Positions 30,763 to 40,303 of a DNA stretch of 64,000 bases are shown in pieces. How positions within the stretch are numbered: position 1 is the stretch's first letter; the number at the start of each line of letters is the position of its first letter. Origin of the DNA: Bryobacterales bacterium (GTDB lineage Bacteria; Acidobacteriota; Terriglobia; Bryobacterales; UBA6623). The translations under genes and the position numbers were made by a program. The notes beneath the pieces are model-generated. The model was not told the DNA's origin and made no database searches. It saw nothing but the letters and a program-made list of their open reading frames with translations. The stretch lies in contig OY729428.2 of assembly GCA_963422375.2 (NCBI GenBank), positions 3,168,001 through 3,232,000 on the forward strand, written 5' to 3'.

Positions 30763-32133
30763 ATGAAACGCCTGCGCCTCGCGCCTGCCATCCTGCTCTG
30801 CCTAGCATCCAGCCTCGCCGCGCAGGGCAGGCCCCACATTGTCGTGTTCCTGACCGACGACCTCGGCGGCGACGACACGGCAGTCTACGGTTCCCGGGAC
30901 GTGCGCACCCCGAACATCGAACGACTAGCCGCGATGGGCATGACATTCGACCGCGCGTTCGTGGCGTCCCCGGCGTGCGCACCGAGCCGGGCCGCGCTGC
31001 TGACCGGCCTGCTGCCCGCCCGGAACGGCGCGGAAGCGAACCACACCTTCCCGCTCCCCGGCACCGCGTACCTGACCTCCGCCCTAGGGGCACTGGACTA
31101 CGAAATCGCCGCCTTCGGCAAGGTCGCTCATGGCTATGACAAGCCGGAGTACGGTTTCGACTACTACTCTCGACCGCGCGTGAATCTCGCCGCGAACGTC
31201 GCCGAGTATTTGGCGGGGAGGGACTCGGACCGCCCGCTCTGCCTCCTAGTCGGAGACCGTCGGCCACACGTGCCGTGGACCACGGACAGTGTCTACGACC
31301 CGAATGAAGTCGGCCTGCCACCTTATTTCGTCGACACTCCCGAGACTCGCGTCCACCGCGCCCAGTACTTCTCCGACATCACTGGCCTCGACGAGGAGTT
31401 CGGAAGGGTCATGGACCTGGCTGGGGATCAGCTCGGAGAGGATACGATCTACCTATTCACCAGCGATCACGGCGGCCAGTGGCCGTTCGGGAAGTGGAAC
31501 CTGTACGACGCCGGCATCCGCGTGCCGCTGATCGTCGCATGGAAGGGACGCATCCGGCCCGGCACCCGAACCGGCGCTATGGTTAGCTGGATCGACATCC
31601 TGCCGACGCTGATCGATCTCGCGGGCGGAGAGCATCCGGCCTCGATCGACGGGAGATCCTTCGCGGGCGTCCTGCTGGGCAGCGTCTCCGCGCACCGCAG
31701 GCTGATTTTCACCACGCACAGCGGCGACGGCGTCTTCAACGTGTACCCGATTCGGAGCGTTCGGACCGAGCGCTACAAGTACATCGTGAACCACCTTCCC
31801 GGACACCTTCACACGAACCACTCGGACATCCTGCGCAAAGATGGCGCGGGCGCCTACTGGGACTCATGGGACAAAGCCGCCGCGACCGACCCGAGAGCGG
31901 CGGAAATCGTCAGCAAGTACTTCGAGCGTCCCGCGGTGGAGATGTACGACCTAGCCGCGGACCCCTTGGAGCAGAACAACCTGGCCTCCGATCCCGACCA
32001 CATGGATCTTGCAGAGGCCCTGAGGGCGGTGCTCGACGACTGGATCCGAGAGCAGGGAGACAAGCTAACGGTCTTCAACGCCCCCTATCCCGCATCGGGG
32101 CCGCGACCCGACGCCAAGGCCGTCGGCCGCTAG
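30763..32133 (+). CDS. Secreted sulfatase (S1, Cys-type)
   Basis: TDD, CAPSRAALLTG, GKVAH, PH and SDHG; signal peptide. Confidence 0.94.
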   Translation: MKRLRLAPAILLCLASSLAAQGRPHIVVFLTDDLGGDDTAVYGSRDVRTPNIERLAAMGMTFDRAFVASPACAPSRAALLTGLLPARNGAEANHTFPLPGTAYLTSALGALDYEIAAFGKVAHGYDKPEYGFDYYSRPRVNLAANVAEYLAGRDSDRPLCLLVGDRRPHVPWTTDSVYDPNEVGLPPYFVDTPETRVHRAQYFSDITGLDEEFGRVMDLAGDQLGEDTIYLFTSDHGGQWPFGKWNLYDAGIRVPLIVAWKGRIRPGTRTGAMVSWIDILPTLIDLAGGEHPASIDGRSFAGVLLGSVSAHRRLIFTTHSGDGVFNVYPIRSVRTERYKYIVNHLPGHLHTNHSDILRKDGAGAYWDSWDKAAATDPRAAEIVSKYFERPAVEMYDLAADPLEQNNLASDPDHMDLAEALRAVLDDWIREQGDKLTVFNAPYPASGPRPDAKAVGR

Positions 32134-32490
32134 CACGGTCCCCGGGCGGTTCTGGCTGCCACGTGCCGGGGCGGCCCGGAATGCGAATTCAAAGAACGAG
32201 GCGCTGTCGCTCGGGAGCGAGTTGCGCCAGCTTGCTCGCAACGAATCGCTCCGGACCCACCACGATTGCGGGCGGCGCGCCGCAGGCCTGCGAAACCAAG
32301 GATGGCGCTCGGCCCCCGCTGAGCAGGGCCATGATGAGTGAGACTCGCGGGAGCAATGAAGCCATCCAGCCGGGGCAACGCATCGAAAGGCACAGTAGTT
32401 GCAAGAACGTCCCATGGGTGGACCGATAATTCGTTGCGAAGACCGCACTGGTCATTCCGCCGCATCTAGGCCCCGCACTCGAATCCATCG

Positions 32491-32543
32491 TCTAAACGAG
32501 AATAATCGATATATTAGACAAACAAAATAGGATCATTTCTATC
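32491..32543. promoter_or_regulatory. AT-rich putative Fur box region
   Basis: GAGAATAATCGATATATT and ATAGGATCATTTCTAT resemble GATAATGATAATCATTATC; upstream of a PepSY-TM gene; TTGACA at 32626-32631. Confidence 0.45.
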
Positions 32544-32694
32544 GGACCAGTTTAGAACGAGATGGCAATCCCAACTGGGACTCCGGCTGCCTAGCATGGT
32601 CCGGCGCGCCGGGAGAGAGAATTGTTTGACACAATGTTGCAGTTTGTGATTGAATCAGGAGAGCGTCGGCCGCCGTGCCGCCCTCCGACCGAGC

Positions 32695-33843
32695 ATGCAG
32701 GCATTCCGCACCGCCATTTTCTGGGCCCATCTCTGTTGCGGCTTGGGCGCGGGCTTGGTCGTGTTCGTCATGTCGGCCACCGGCGTGCTCCTGACCTACG
32801 AAAAGCAGCTCGCCGCCTGGGCGGACGGCTACCAGATCGCGCAGCCCGCCGAGGCGAGCCCGCGGCCTGCCGCCTCGGTCCTGATGACGGCGGCCCAGCA
32901 GCGGTGGGGAAAGGACCCGACCGGCTTGCAGCTGAATGCGGATACGACCGAGCCGGCGCGGATCTACTTCGGTCGTCGGGAATCGCACCCGATCAATCCC
33001 TACACCGGCGAGCCGCTCGGCGAAGGGGCTACAGGCGTCCGAGGCTTCTTTCGGACTATGATTGCGTGGCACCGCTGGCTCGGCCAGGAAGGCGACGGGC
33101 GCGCCCTCGGCAAGGCGATAACCGGCGCCTGCAACCTAGCCTTCCTCTTCATCATCGTGTCCGGCGCGTACCTCTGGTGGCCGAAGAAATGGGCGTGGCC
33201 GAACCTGCGCGCGGTGGTGCTCTTCCGACGCGGGCTGCGCGGGAAGGCACGCGACTTCAACTGGCATAACGTTATCGGCCTATGGATGGCCGTCCCGCTG
33301 TTTCTGGTGGTGGGGACCGCGACGTTCTTCTCGTATTCGTGGCCGACCGACGCCTTGTGGGCCCTGACCGGGGAAGTGCGCCCCCAAGGCGGGAGCGCGC
33401 AAGCGACCCGCAAGGAGAAGCCGCGGGGACCGGCTTCGTATTCCGACCTTGACGAGCTGTTCCGGATTGTTACCGAGAGCGAGCCCGGCTGGAGGACCGT
33501 CACGCTGCGGCTATCGTCCGATCCCTCTGCGCCGGCCGAGTTCGCCGTTGACCGCGGCAACGGCTTCCGGCCAGATCTGCGTTCGAGCCTTTGGCTAGAC
33601 CGGGCCACGGCGACGTTGGTCCGTCACACGACATACTCCGACAATGCCTCCGCGCAAAACATCCGCTTCTGGATTCGGTTCATCCACACCGGCGAGTCAG
33701 GAGGCATTCTCGGCCAGACTCTCGCCGGCCTCGCCTCGCTGGCTGGGTGCCTGCTGATGTACACGGGCTGGATGCTGACATGGAGGCGGTTCCAAGCGTG
33801 GCGCGTCAGGCGGCGGGCACCGACTGCGGCGAGCGAGTCATGA
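32695..33843 (+). CDS. PepSY-associated TM helix protein (PiuB-like iron-uptake membrane protein)
   Basis: FWAHL, SATG, NPYTGE, WHRWL, SGAYLWWP, WHNVIG and IHTG. Confidence 0.92.
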   Translation: MQAFRTAIFWAHLCCGLGAGLVVFVMSATGVLLTYEKQLAAWADGYQIAQPAEASPRPAASVLMTAAQQRWGKDPTGLQLNADTTEPARIYFGRRESHPINPYTGEPLGEGATGVRGFFRTMIAWHRWLGQEGDGRALGKAITGACNLAFLFIIVSGAYLWWPKKWAWPNLRAVVLFRRGLRGKARDFNWHNVIGLWMAVPLFLVVGTATFFSYSWPTDALWALTGEVRPQGGSAQATRKEKPRGPASYSDLDELFRIVTESEPGWRTVTLRLSSDPSAPAEFAVDRGNGFRPDLRSSLWLDRATATLVRHTTYSDNASAQNIRFWIRFIHTGESGGILGQTLAGLASLAGCLLMYTGWMLTWRRFQAWRVRRRAPTAASES

Positions 33844-34173
33844 GTGCCCGCCGCGCGCCCGAGCCTACGCAGCCGCGCTCATACCGGACATTCCGGCCCG
33901 AGGCAGTGTCGGGGCGACCTGAATCGGCGTCCCCGACACGGCCGCAGGCTGCTCGGACCGTGGCTGAACACCCGCAGGGGCCGACCGGCACGCGGTTCCG
34001 AGTGCCGGCTTCGACACCGCGCCCGCGTCCGACCAGCCTGACTTGCTAGCGAGCCGACAGAGGCCGGCCCGGACGCCGTTGATCCGGAGCGGTTCGGGAA
34101 CGGCTCAAGATGCCCGTGCAGTCGTGCGGGTGCCAGCCGAACCGCAACCCTCCTTTGCTGGCAGGCCGGCCCT

Positions 34174-34650
34174 GTGGATCGTGACTTGGTGATTCGCGTC
34201 CTGCGCGCTCCTGAGAAGGCCGCCATCGATTACGTGCTGATCTGGGCGACGGCGACGGACCTGCACGGCATCGCACTCGCCACCGAGGCCATGGACTTGC
34301 TTGTTCGGGCTTGCGAGGACAATGCCGAACGCATCCGAGCGGCGCTGCGGGCAACGCACTCAAACGACTCCAGCGTGGAGAAAATCCGAGCCGACGATCT
34401 GTCTGGCGATTACGCAGTGGCGCGCAATTGCGCGCCGACGGGCGATCTGTACTTCGACCTGATTGCGAAGCTCGGCGAGAAGGCGACCGTCGAATCGGTC
34501 GAGTCCGAAGCCAAGGGAGTCGAGTGCGTGCGGGTGCGCGTCGCGACTCCAGCCGCGCTGTACCGCCTGAATGGAGGGACCCCGCGACCGATCGACCGGC
34601 AGGATGCCGTAGCGCTGAAGGATCGCCTCGACCTGAATGAGGCCGATTGA
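34174..34650 (+). pseudogene. Degenerate nucleotidyltransferase (MNT/AbiEii-like)
   Basis: Follows the YVLIGG.A..LHG..R.T.DLD pattern but reads YVLIWATA..LHG..LATEAMD; RVATP..L..L and RP.DRQD are retained. Confidence 0.65.
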
Positions 34651-34840
34651 ATGAGAGTCCAGCGCTCCCGAACGCTTGAAGAAACGAATGCGGCACCGGT
34701 CCGCTACCGGTCGCAGGACGGATTCGTTCGCTTCATCCGTCACAACGCCCGGCTCCGCTTGCTGGCTCCCCCTTTCCCTGCCGAAGGGCTTGTTCAAGCA
34801 TCGGAGCCTGGAGGAGGCCCAGCGGTCGCGACCGCACGGA
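34651..34840 (+). pseudogene. Small partner ORF of the nucleotidyltransferase, frameshifted (3' end approximate)
   Basis: ATG directly follows the stop of the upstream gene; MRVQRSRTLEE at the start and KGLFKHRSLEEAQ in another frame. Confidence 0.5.
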
Positions 34841-35025
34841 CCTGCAGCACCCAGCTTCGAGGACAGTTGCTCGCGCCAGTCCCGCGATCGCCGGCGGGAC
34901 ACAGGCGGCGAACCGGCCCCTCCTCCCGGCGCTTCGCCTCGAAAAGGGAAGTCCGCCAGCCGCCCCGACCGCCTCAAAGCCCCGTATCCGGAAGGCAGCC
35001 GGATCCGCAAGGCGGCGACCGACCT

Positions 35026-35724
35026 CTAACGCAAGGGGCCGCGCCGCCTCTCGATCTCGTATAGCTTCAGCTTCAGCCGCCGGTAGAGCAAGGGATCGAG
35101 CGGTCTTTTGAGCGCGAACCGGTACACGCTCGGGCGTCGCAGGTAGCCCTCCCGTCCGTCGAAGGCATGCACCTCCAAGCGGTAGGGATCGGAGGACCAT
35201 ACCGAGGCCACGTCGCGCTCGATGACCCACGACCGGGCCTTGGCAGGCGCATCCGTGGCATACACGATCCGGTCTTCGGTGACGAAGAGTATCCCTTGCG
35301 AACCGCCGAATCGTTTCAGGTGCTTGGCGGGAAGCTCCAGCTTCGCGTCTTCCGGCGGGCGAGGCACCCGATCGGTCGCCGGCTTGCCGATCCGTGCCAC
35401 GACCGCCTCGTGGGTCGCGTCGTCGAAGTCGCCCTCGCGAATCCTGAACCTGTACCTAGCATCGGCCCCGAAGGGGATGGCCGAGCCGACGTAGCCGCGA
35501 ATCGCCACCTCGGCAGCGCCGATGCGGTCGAAGTGCCGGATGTCCGTGTAATCCCAGCTGAGAGCGCGCCTGCCCGCCCGCGCGGGCTGGAACGAGATCC
35601 CGTCCTCCCCGAAGGTGAGCACGCCGCGCACGTCGCGCCTGGCGCTCCGCTTCCACTTTGCCTCGAACGACACTTCCGCCGTGACGGTCGCCGCGGCGAG
35701 CAGGATCAGGACCGAGAGCTTCAT
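35026..35724 (-). CDS. Secreted protein with two PH/GRAM-like repeats, last gene of the cus operon
   Basis: Signal peptide; repeats GVLTFGEDGISF..LSWDYTDI and GILFVTEDRIVY..RSWVIERDV; ATGA overlap with the cusA stop. Confidence 0.7.
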   Translation of the reverse strand: MKLSVLILLAAATVTAEVSFEAKWKRSARRDVRGVLTFGEDGISFQPARAGRRALSWDYTDIRHFDRIGAAEVAIRGYVGSAIPFGADARYRFRIREGDFDDATHEAVVARIGKPATDRVPRPPEDAKLELPAKHLKRFGGSQGILFVTEDRIVYATDAPAKARSWVIERDVASVWSSDPYRLEVHAFDGREGYLRRPSVYRFALKRPLDPLLYRRLKLKLYEIERRRGPLR

Positions 35725-38700
35725 TCCAGCGGCTCCGTGTCGCCAGCGAGGCCGGCCAGCCGACCGGAGCGGGGCAAGGCGCGGCAGTGGCGGTAGTAGT
35801 ACAGGACCGGCAGAACGCCCAGCACGAAGAACCCGGCCGTGGCGACGCCGCCAAAGAGCGGCGTGGCGATCCGCTTCATGACGTCAGCGCCGGCTCCCAC
35901 GCTCCACATGATCGGCAGCAATCCGAGCATGTCGGTCGCAACCGTCATCGTGACAGGCCGAAGGCGCGATAGCGCGCCCTCGCGTATAGCGCGAACCAGC
36001 GCGGCACGGTCCCCAAGCCGTCCCTCGCGGGCGGCGCCCTCGCGGGCGAGGTCCAAGTACAGCCAGAATACGATCGCAGTCTCGGCATAGAGCCCGGCCA
36101 AGGCGATCAAGCCGACCCAGACGGCGATGCTGAGGTCGTAGTTCAGGTAATGCAGGAGGAGGAAGGCACCGCTCACAGCGCACGGCACCCCGAGCAGCAC
36201 GATCAGAGCGGTCAGCGCGGAGCGCGTGTTGACCAAGAGCACGGAGAATACGATGACCAGCGTGAGCGGAATCAGGACGAGCAGGCGCTCCCGGACTCGC
36301 TGCATCGACTCGAACTGCCCGCTCCAAGCCAGCGAGTACCCCGCCGGAATGGCGACCGCGCTCTCCACGGCCGCCCGGGCGGCCGCGACGTAGGCCCCTA
36401 GGTCGGCGCCCGGCTCGACGTCCACGTAGATCCAAGCGTTCGGCCTGGCATTCTCGCTCTTGATGCCGGGCGGGCCGACGGAGTAGGAGATTTCAGCCAG
36501 CTGCTCGAGCGGAAGCTGATGCCCCGCAGGCGTGACGACCAGGACGTCCCTCAAGGCCGGCAGGTCGTCCCGGAGGTCGCGGCCGTAGCGCAGGTTGACC
36601 GGGAAGCGCTGGAGGCCCTCGACCGTCGTGGTGACGTGCACGCCGCCGATAGCGGTGTTGATGGCCTCCTGGACCTGATCGACGACCAGGCCGTGGCGGG
36701 CGATGGCGTCGCGATCAATCGTGATGTCGAGGTAGTTCCCGCCCATCACCCGCTCGGCGTAGGCGCTCAGGGTTCCCGGCACGCCCTGCACCACCCGCTC
36801 GATCTCCTTGCCGATCCGTTCCAGCACCTGCAAGTCCGAGCCGGCCACCTTGATGCCGATGGGCGTCTTGATGCCGGTTGACAGCATGTCCAGCCGGGTC
36901 TTGATCGGCATGGTCCAGGCGTTGGTGAGGCCGGGGACCTGGACGGATGCCTGCATCTCGGCGACCAGCCTCTCGGGGGTCATGCCCGGGCGCCATTGCT
37001 CGCGAGGCTTCAGCCGGATCGTCGTCTCGATCATCGAGAGCGGGGCCGGGTCCGTCGCTGTCTCCGCCCGGCCGGCCTTGCCGAAGGCGTGCTCCACCTC
37101 GGGGAACCGCATGATCATCTTGTTGGTCTGCTGGAGGATCTCGCGCGCCTTGCCGATGGAAACGCCCGGCAGGGTCGTCGGCATGTAGAGGAGATCCCCC
37201 TCCCACAAGGGGGGCATGAACTCCGACCCCAGGCGGCGCAGCGCTCCCAGCGAGGCGACCAGCAGGGCGAGCGCCACGAGCAGAGTCGCGACGCGGAGGC
37301 GCAGGACCAAGCGCAGGACCGGGCGGTAGATCCACAGCAGGATCGAAAGAAGCGGATTCCGGCCCGGGCGGACGGGTCGCCCGCGCACGGCAAGGCCCAC
37401 CAAGACTGGCACGAGCGTGACCGACAGGACGGCGGCTGCCGCCATCGTGAGGGTCTTGGTCCACGCCAGCGGGCGAAACAGGCGCCCCTCTTCCTGCTGA
37501 AGGGCGAACACCGGCAGGAACGAGACCGTGATCACCAGCAGCGAGAAGAACAAGGTCGGTGCGACCTCGCGGCAGGACTCGGCAACTACTTTCCTATGCG
37601 GCCAGCGACCGCCGTTCCGCGCCATGTGCTGGTGGGCGTTCTCCACCATCACGATCCCGGCGTCAACCATCGTGCCGATGGCGACAGCGACGCCGCCCAG
37701 GGACATGATGTTCAGTTGCAGGCCGAGCGCGCTGGCCGCGATGGCGGCCCCCAGGACGCCGACCATGACGGAGATGACCGCGATCAGGCCGCTGGGCAGG
37801 TGGAACAAGAACAGCAGGCAGACGGCCCCGACGATGAGGAACTGCTGCGTCAGGCTCGACCGCAAGCTCTCGATCGCACGCTCGATCAGGTTCGTCCGGT
37901 CGTACGCGATCACGATCTCGACGCCCTCGGGCAGCTGCGACTTGAGCTCCTCGATGCGTCCCTTGACGCGCCGCACCACGTCCTGGGTGTCCGCACCGTG
38001 GCGGACCACGACGATGCCGCCGACCGTCTCTCCCTGGCCGTCCCACTCGGCAAGGCCGCGGCGAATCTCGGGGCCGATCCCGACCCGGGCCACGTCGCGC
38101 AGCAGGATGGCCGTGCCGTTCTCGCCCGTGCCTATAGCGACCTTGCGGATGTCCTCGATCGACTCGATGTAGCCGCGGCCCCGGATCATGAATTCCTTCT
38201 CGGCCACCTCGATCAAGCGCCCTCCCGCGTCGCGGTTGCTGCGCTCGATGGCGTCCCGGATGCGGGAGATCGACACGCCGTAGCCGCGCAGCTTGACCGG
38301 ATCGACCGTGACTTGGTATTGGCGGACGTAGCCGCCGACGCTCGCGACCTCCGCCACGCCCGGGATGCCGGTCAGCTCGTATTTCAGGAACCAGTCCTGC
38401 AGGGAGCGCAGCTCGCTCAGGTCGTGCCGGTCCGACTTGAGCGCGTAGATGTAGGCCCAGCCGACCCCGGTCGCGTCGGGCCCCAGCATGGGGGTCACGC
38501 CTGCGGGGACCTGGGCGGCGGCCTGTCCGAGCGACTCCAGCACCCGCGAACGGGCCCAGTACAGGTCCGTGCCGTCCTCGAACAGGACGTAGACGAGCGA
38601 GAAGCCGAAGAAGGAGTAGCCGCGCACCACCTCGGCGTGGGGCACCGACAGCATCTGCGTGGCGAGCGGGTAAGTGACCTGGTCCTCGACGATGCGCGGC

Positions 38701-38870
38701 GACTGCCCGGGGAACTCCGTGTAGACAACCACCTGCACCGCCGACAGGTCCGGCAGCGCGTCGAGGGCCATGAACCGGAGGGCGTAGGCACCCGACAGGG
38801 CCAGGACCAAGCTGCCGATGGCGACCAGCAGCCTGTTGCCGAGTGACCACTCGATAACGCGCTCGAGCAT
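35721..38870 (-). CDS. cusA: CusA-type heavy-metal RND permease (Cu/Ag)
   Basis: LDALPDLS, GPDATGVGW and VDAGIVMVEN; three Met sites LYMPTT, PLSMIET and WTMPIK. Confidence 0.94.
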   Translation of the reverse strand: MLERVIEWSLGNRLLVAIGSLVLALSGAYALRFMALDALPDLSAVQVVVYTEFPGQSPRIVEDQVTYPLATQMLSVPHAEVVRGYSFFGFSLVYVLFEDGTDLYWARSRVLESLGQAAAQVPAGVTPMLGPDATGVGWAYIYALKSDRHDLSELRSLQDWFLKYELTGIPGVAEVASVGGYVRQYQVTVDPVKLRGYGVSISRIRDAIERSNRDAGGRLIEVAEKEFMIRGRGYIESIEDIRKVAIGTGENGTAILLRDVARVGIGPEIRRGLAEWDGQGETVGGIVVVRHGADTQDVVRRVKGRIEELKSQLPEGVEIVIAYDRTNLIERAIESLRSSLTQQFLIVGAVCLLFLFHLPSGLIAVISVMVGVLGAAIAASALGLQLNIMSLGGVAVAIGTMVDAGIVMVENAHQHMARNGGRWPHRKVVAESCREVAPTLFFSLLVITVSFLPVFALQQEEGRLFRPLAWTKTLTMAAAAVLSVTLVPVLVGLAVRGRPVRPGRNPLLSILLWIYRPVLRLVLRLRVATLLVALALLVASLGALRRLGSEFMPPLWEGDLLYMPTTLPGVSIGKAREILQQTNKMIMRFPEVEHAFGKAGRAETATDPAPLSMIETTIRLKPREQWRPGMTPERLVAEMQASVQVPGLTNAWTMPIKTRLDMLSTGIKTPIGIKVAGSDLQVLERIGKEIERVVQGVPGTLSAYAERVMGGNYLDITIDRDAIARHGLVVDQVQEAINTAIGGVHVTTTVEGLQRFPVNLRYGRDLRDDLPALRDVLVVTPAGHQLPLEQLAEISYSVGPPGIKSENARPNAWIYVDVEPGADLGAYVAAARAAVESAVAIPAGYSLAWSGQFESMQRVRERLLVLIPLTLVIVFSVLLVNTRSALTALIVLLGVPCAVSGAFLLLHYLNYDLSIAVWVGLIALAGLYAETAIVFWLYLDLAREGAAREGRLGDRAALVRAIREGALSRLRPVTMTVATDMLGLLPIMWSVGAGADVMKRIATPLFGGVATAGFFVLGVLPVLYYYRHCRALPRSGRLAGLAGDTEPLE

Positions 38871-38887
38871 GGCCCGTCCCCGGTCGC

Positions 38888-40303
38888 CTAGCGCCCAGGC
38901 TGCGGCGCCTCGCGTCCCCGGCCCTCGAGCAGCCGGGCGATCGCCACGCGGAGATTGCTCTCGGAATCGAGCAGGAACTGCGACGAGGTCACGACCAGCT
39001 CGCCCTGTTCGAGGCCGCGCAGAACCTGCGTCCGGCCGTCGCTCTCGAGGCCCAGTTCCACCTCCCTCGGCGCGAACAGGCCGCCGCCCTCGTCCACGAT
39101 CACTACCGCGCGATCGCCGCTGCTCAGCACCGACTGGGACGGCACGATGAGCGCGTTCCTAGCTCCGGGCAGGCGGACGTGCATCGTCGCGTACATGTTC
39201 GGGCGGAGGAGGCCCTCCGAGTTGTCGACTTCGATGTATCCCGTCAGCGTCTGCGTCTGGGGATTCATGGCGGGCCGGAAGAACAGTACATGGCCTCTCC
39301 ACGAGCGCGCGGGGAAGGCATCCACGGCGATATCGACTGGGAGCCCAACGCGCAGATCCCGCAAGTAACGCTCGTAGAACTCGACCTTCGCCCAGAGCGT
39401 GGAGTGGTCGGCGATCTTGAGGACGGTCATGCCGGGTACCAAGCGGATGCCCTCCAGGGAGTCGGCCACCTTCTCCACCACGAATCCCTCGGCCGGCGAG
39501 TAGAACTCGACGGTGCGCCGAGCTCGCCTAGCCGTGCGCAGCTCCGCGATCTGGGCAACCGTCAGATCCCAGTGCTCCAGACGGTCCGCGGCGGCTTGGA
39601 GCAGGGACTCGGCGCGTTCGACCGCGCCGGCGTAGGCGCCGCCGGCCTTGAGGCGTTCCACGAAGCCGATGGCCGCGACGTACTCGTTCTGAGCCGTCAG
39701 CAACTCGGGGCTGTGAATCTCGAAGAGGAGATCGCCCTTCGACACTCGCTCCCCGACGGAGTTCACGCGGGCACGCTCGATCCAGCCCGTGAACTTGGTA
39801 GTGACGGAGACGACGCGCTCCTCGTTCTGATCCAGGAAACCGACGGTGCGGATGCGGCTCGGCAGCTCGTCGCGGACAACTTCCGCAGTCCGCACGGCGA
39901 ATGCTTGCCGGAATGCGGGGCTCACCCGCACACCCTCCGGGCTATCCTCCCCGGGGCTCCGAGATTCCGGCGTGACCGGCACGAGGGCCATGCCGCAGAT
40001 CGGACATGCCCCGGGCCCCTCCTGCACGACTTGCGGATGCATCGCGCAGGTATGGGGATCGCCTGCGATCTCGCCCGGCCGTTGCGCTATCGTGCCGTCG
40101 TCCGCGACCGCGACGAGCTGCATGCCGCAGATCGGGCAGGGCCCGGGACGGTTCTCCAGGACTTGCGGATGCATGCTGCAGGTGAATGCTCCCACGCTGT
40201 CCTGCGTGACCGCGACGGGAGCCGGCCAGGCTCCCGCGAAGTAGAGGGCCGCGGCGACGACAAGGAGAGCCGCCGCGAAGCCGGCGAGCCCGCTCCGGAT
40301 CAC
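38888..40303 (-). CDS. cusB: CusB-type periplasmic adaptor with two heavy-metal-binding domains
   Basis: Two C.MHP...CPICGM repeats; G.LRPNMYA and QFLLDSES. Confidence 0.92.
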   Translation of the reverse strand: MIRSGLAGFAAALLVVAAALYFAGAWPAPVAVTQDSVGAFTCSMHPQVLENRPGPCPICGMQLVAVADDGTIAQRPGEIAGDPHTCAMHPQVVQEGPGACPICGMALVPVTPESRSPGEDSPEGVRVSPAFRQAFAVRTAEVVRDELPSRIRTVGFLDQNEERVVSVTTKFTGWIERARVNSVGERVSKGDLLFEIHSPELLTAQNEYVAAIGFVERLKAGGAYAGAVERAESLLQAAADRLEHWDLTVAQIAELRTARRARRTVEFYSPAEGFVVEKVADSLEGIRLVPGMTVLKIADHSTLWAKVEFYERYLRDLRVGLPVDIAVDAFPARSWRGHVLFFRPAMNPQTQTLTGYIEVDNSEGLLRPNMYATMHVRLPGARNALIVPSQSVLSSGDRAVVIVDEGGGLFAPREVELGLESDGRTQVLRGLEQGELVVTSSQFLLDSESNLRVAIARLLEGRGREAPQPGR

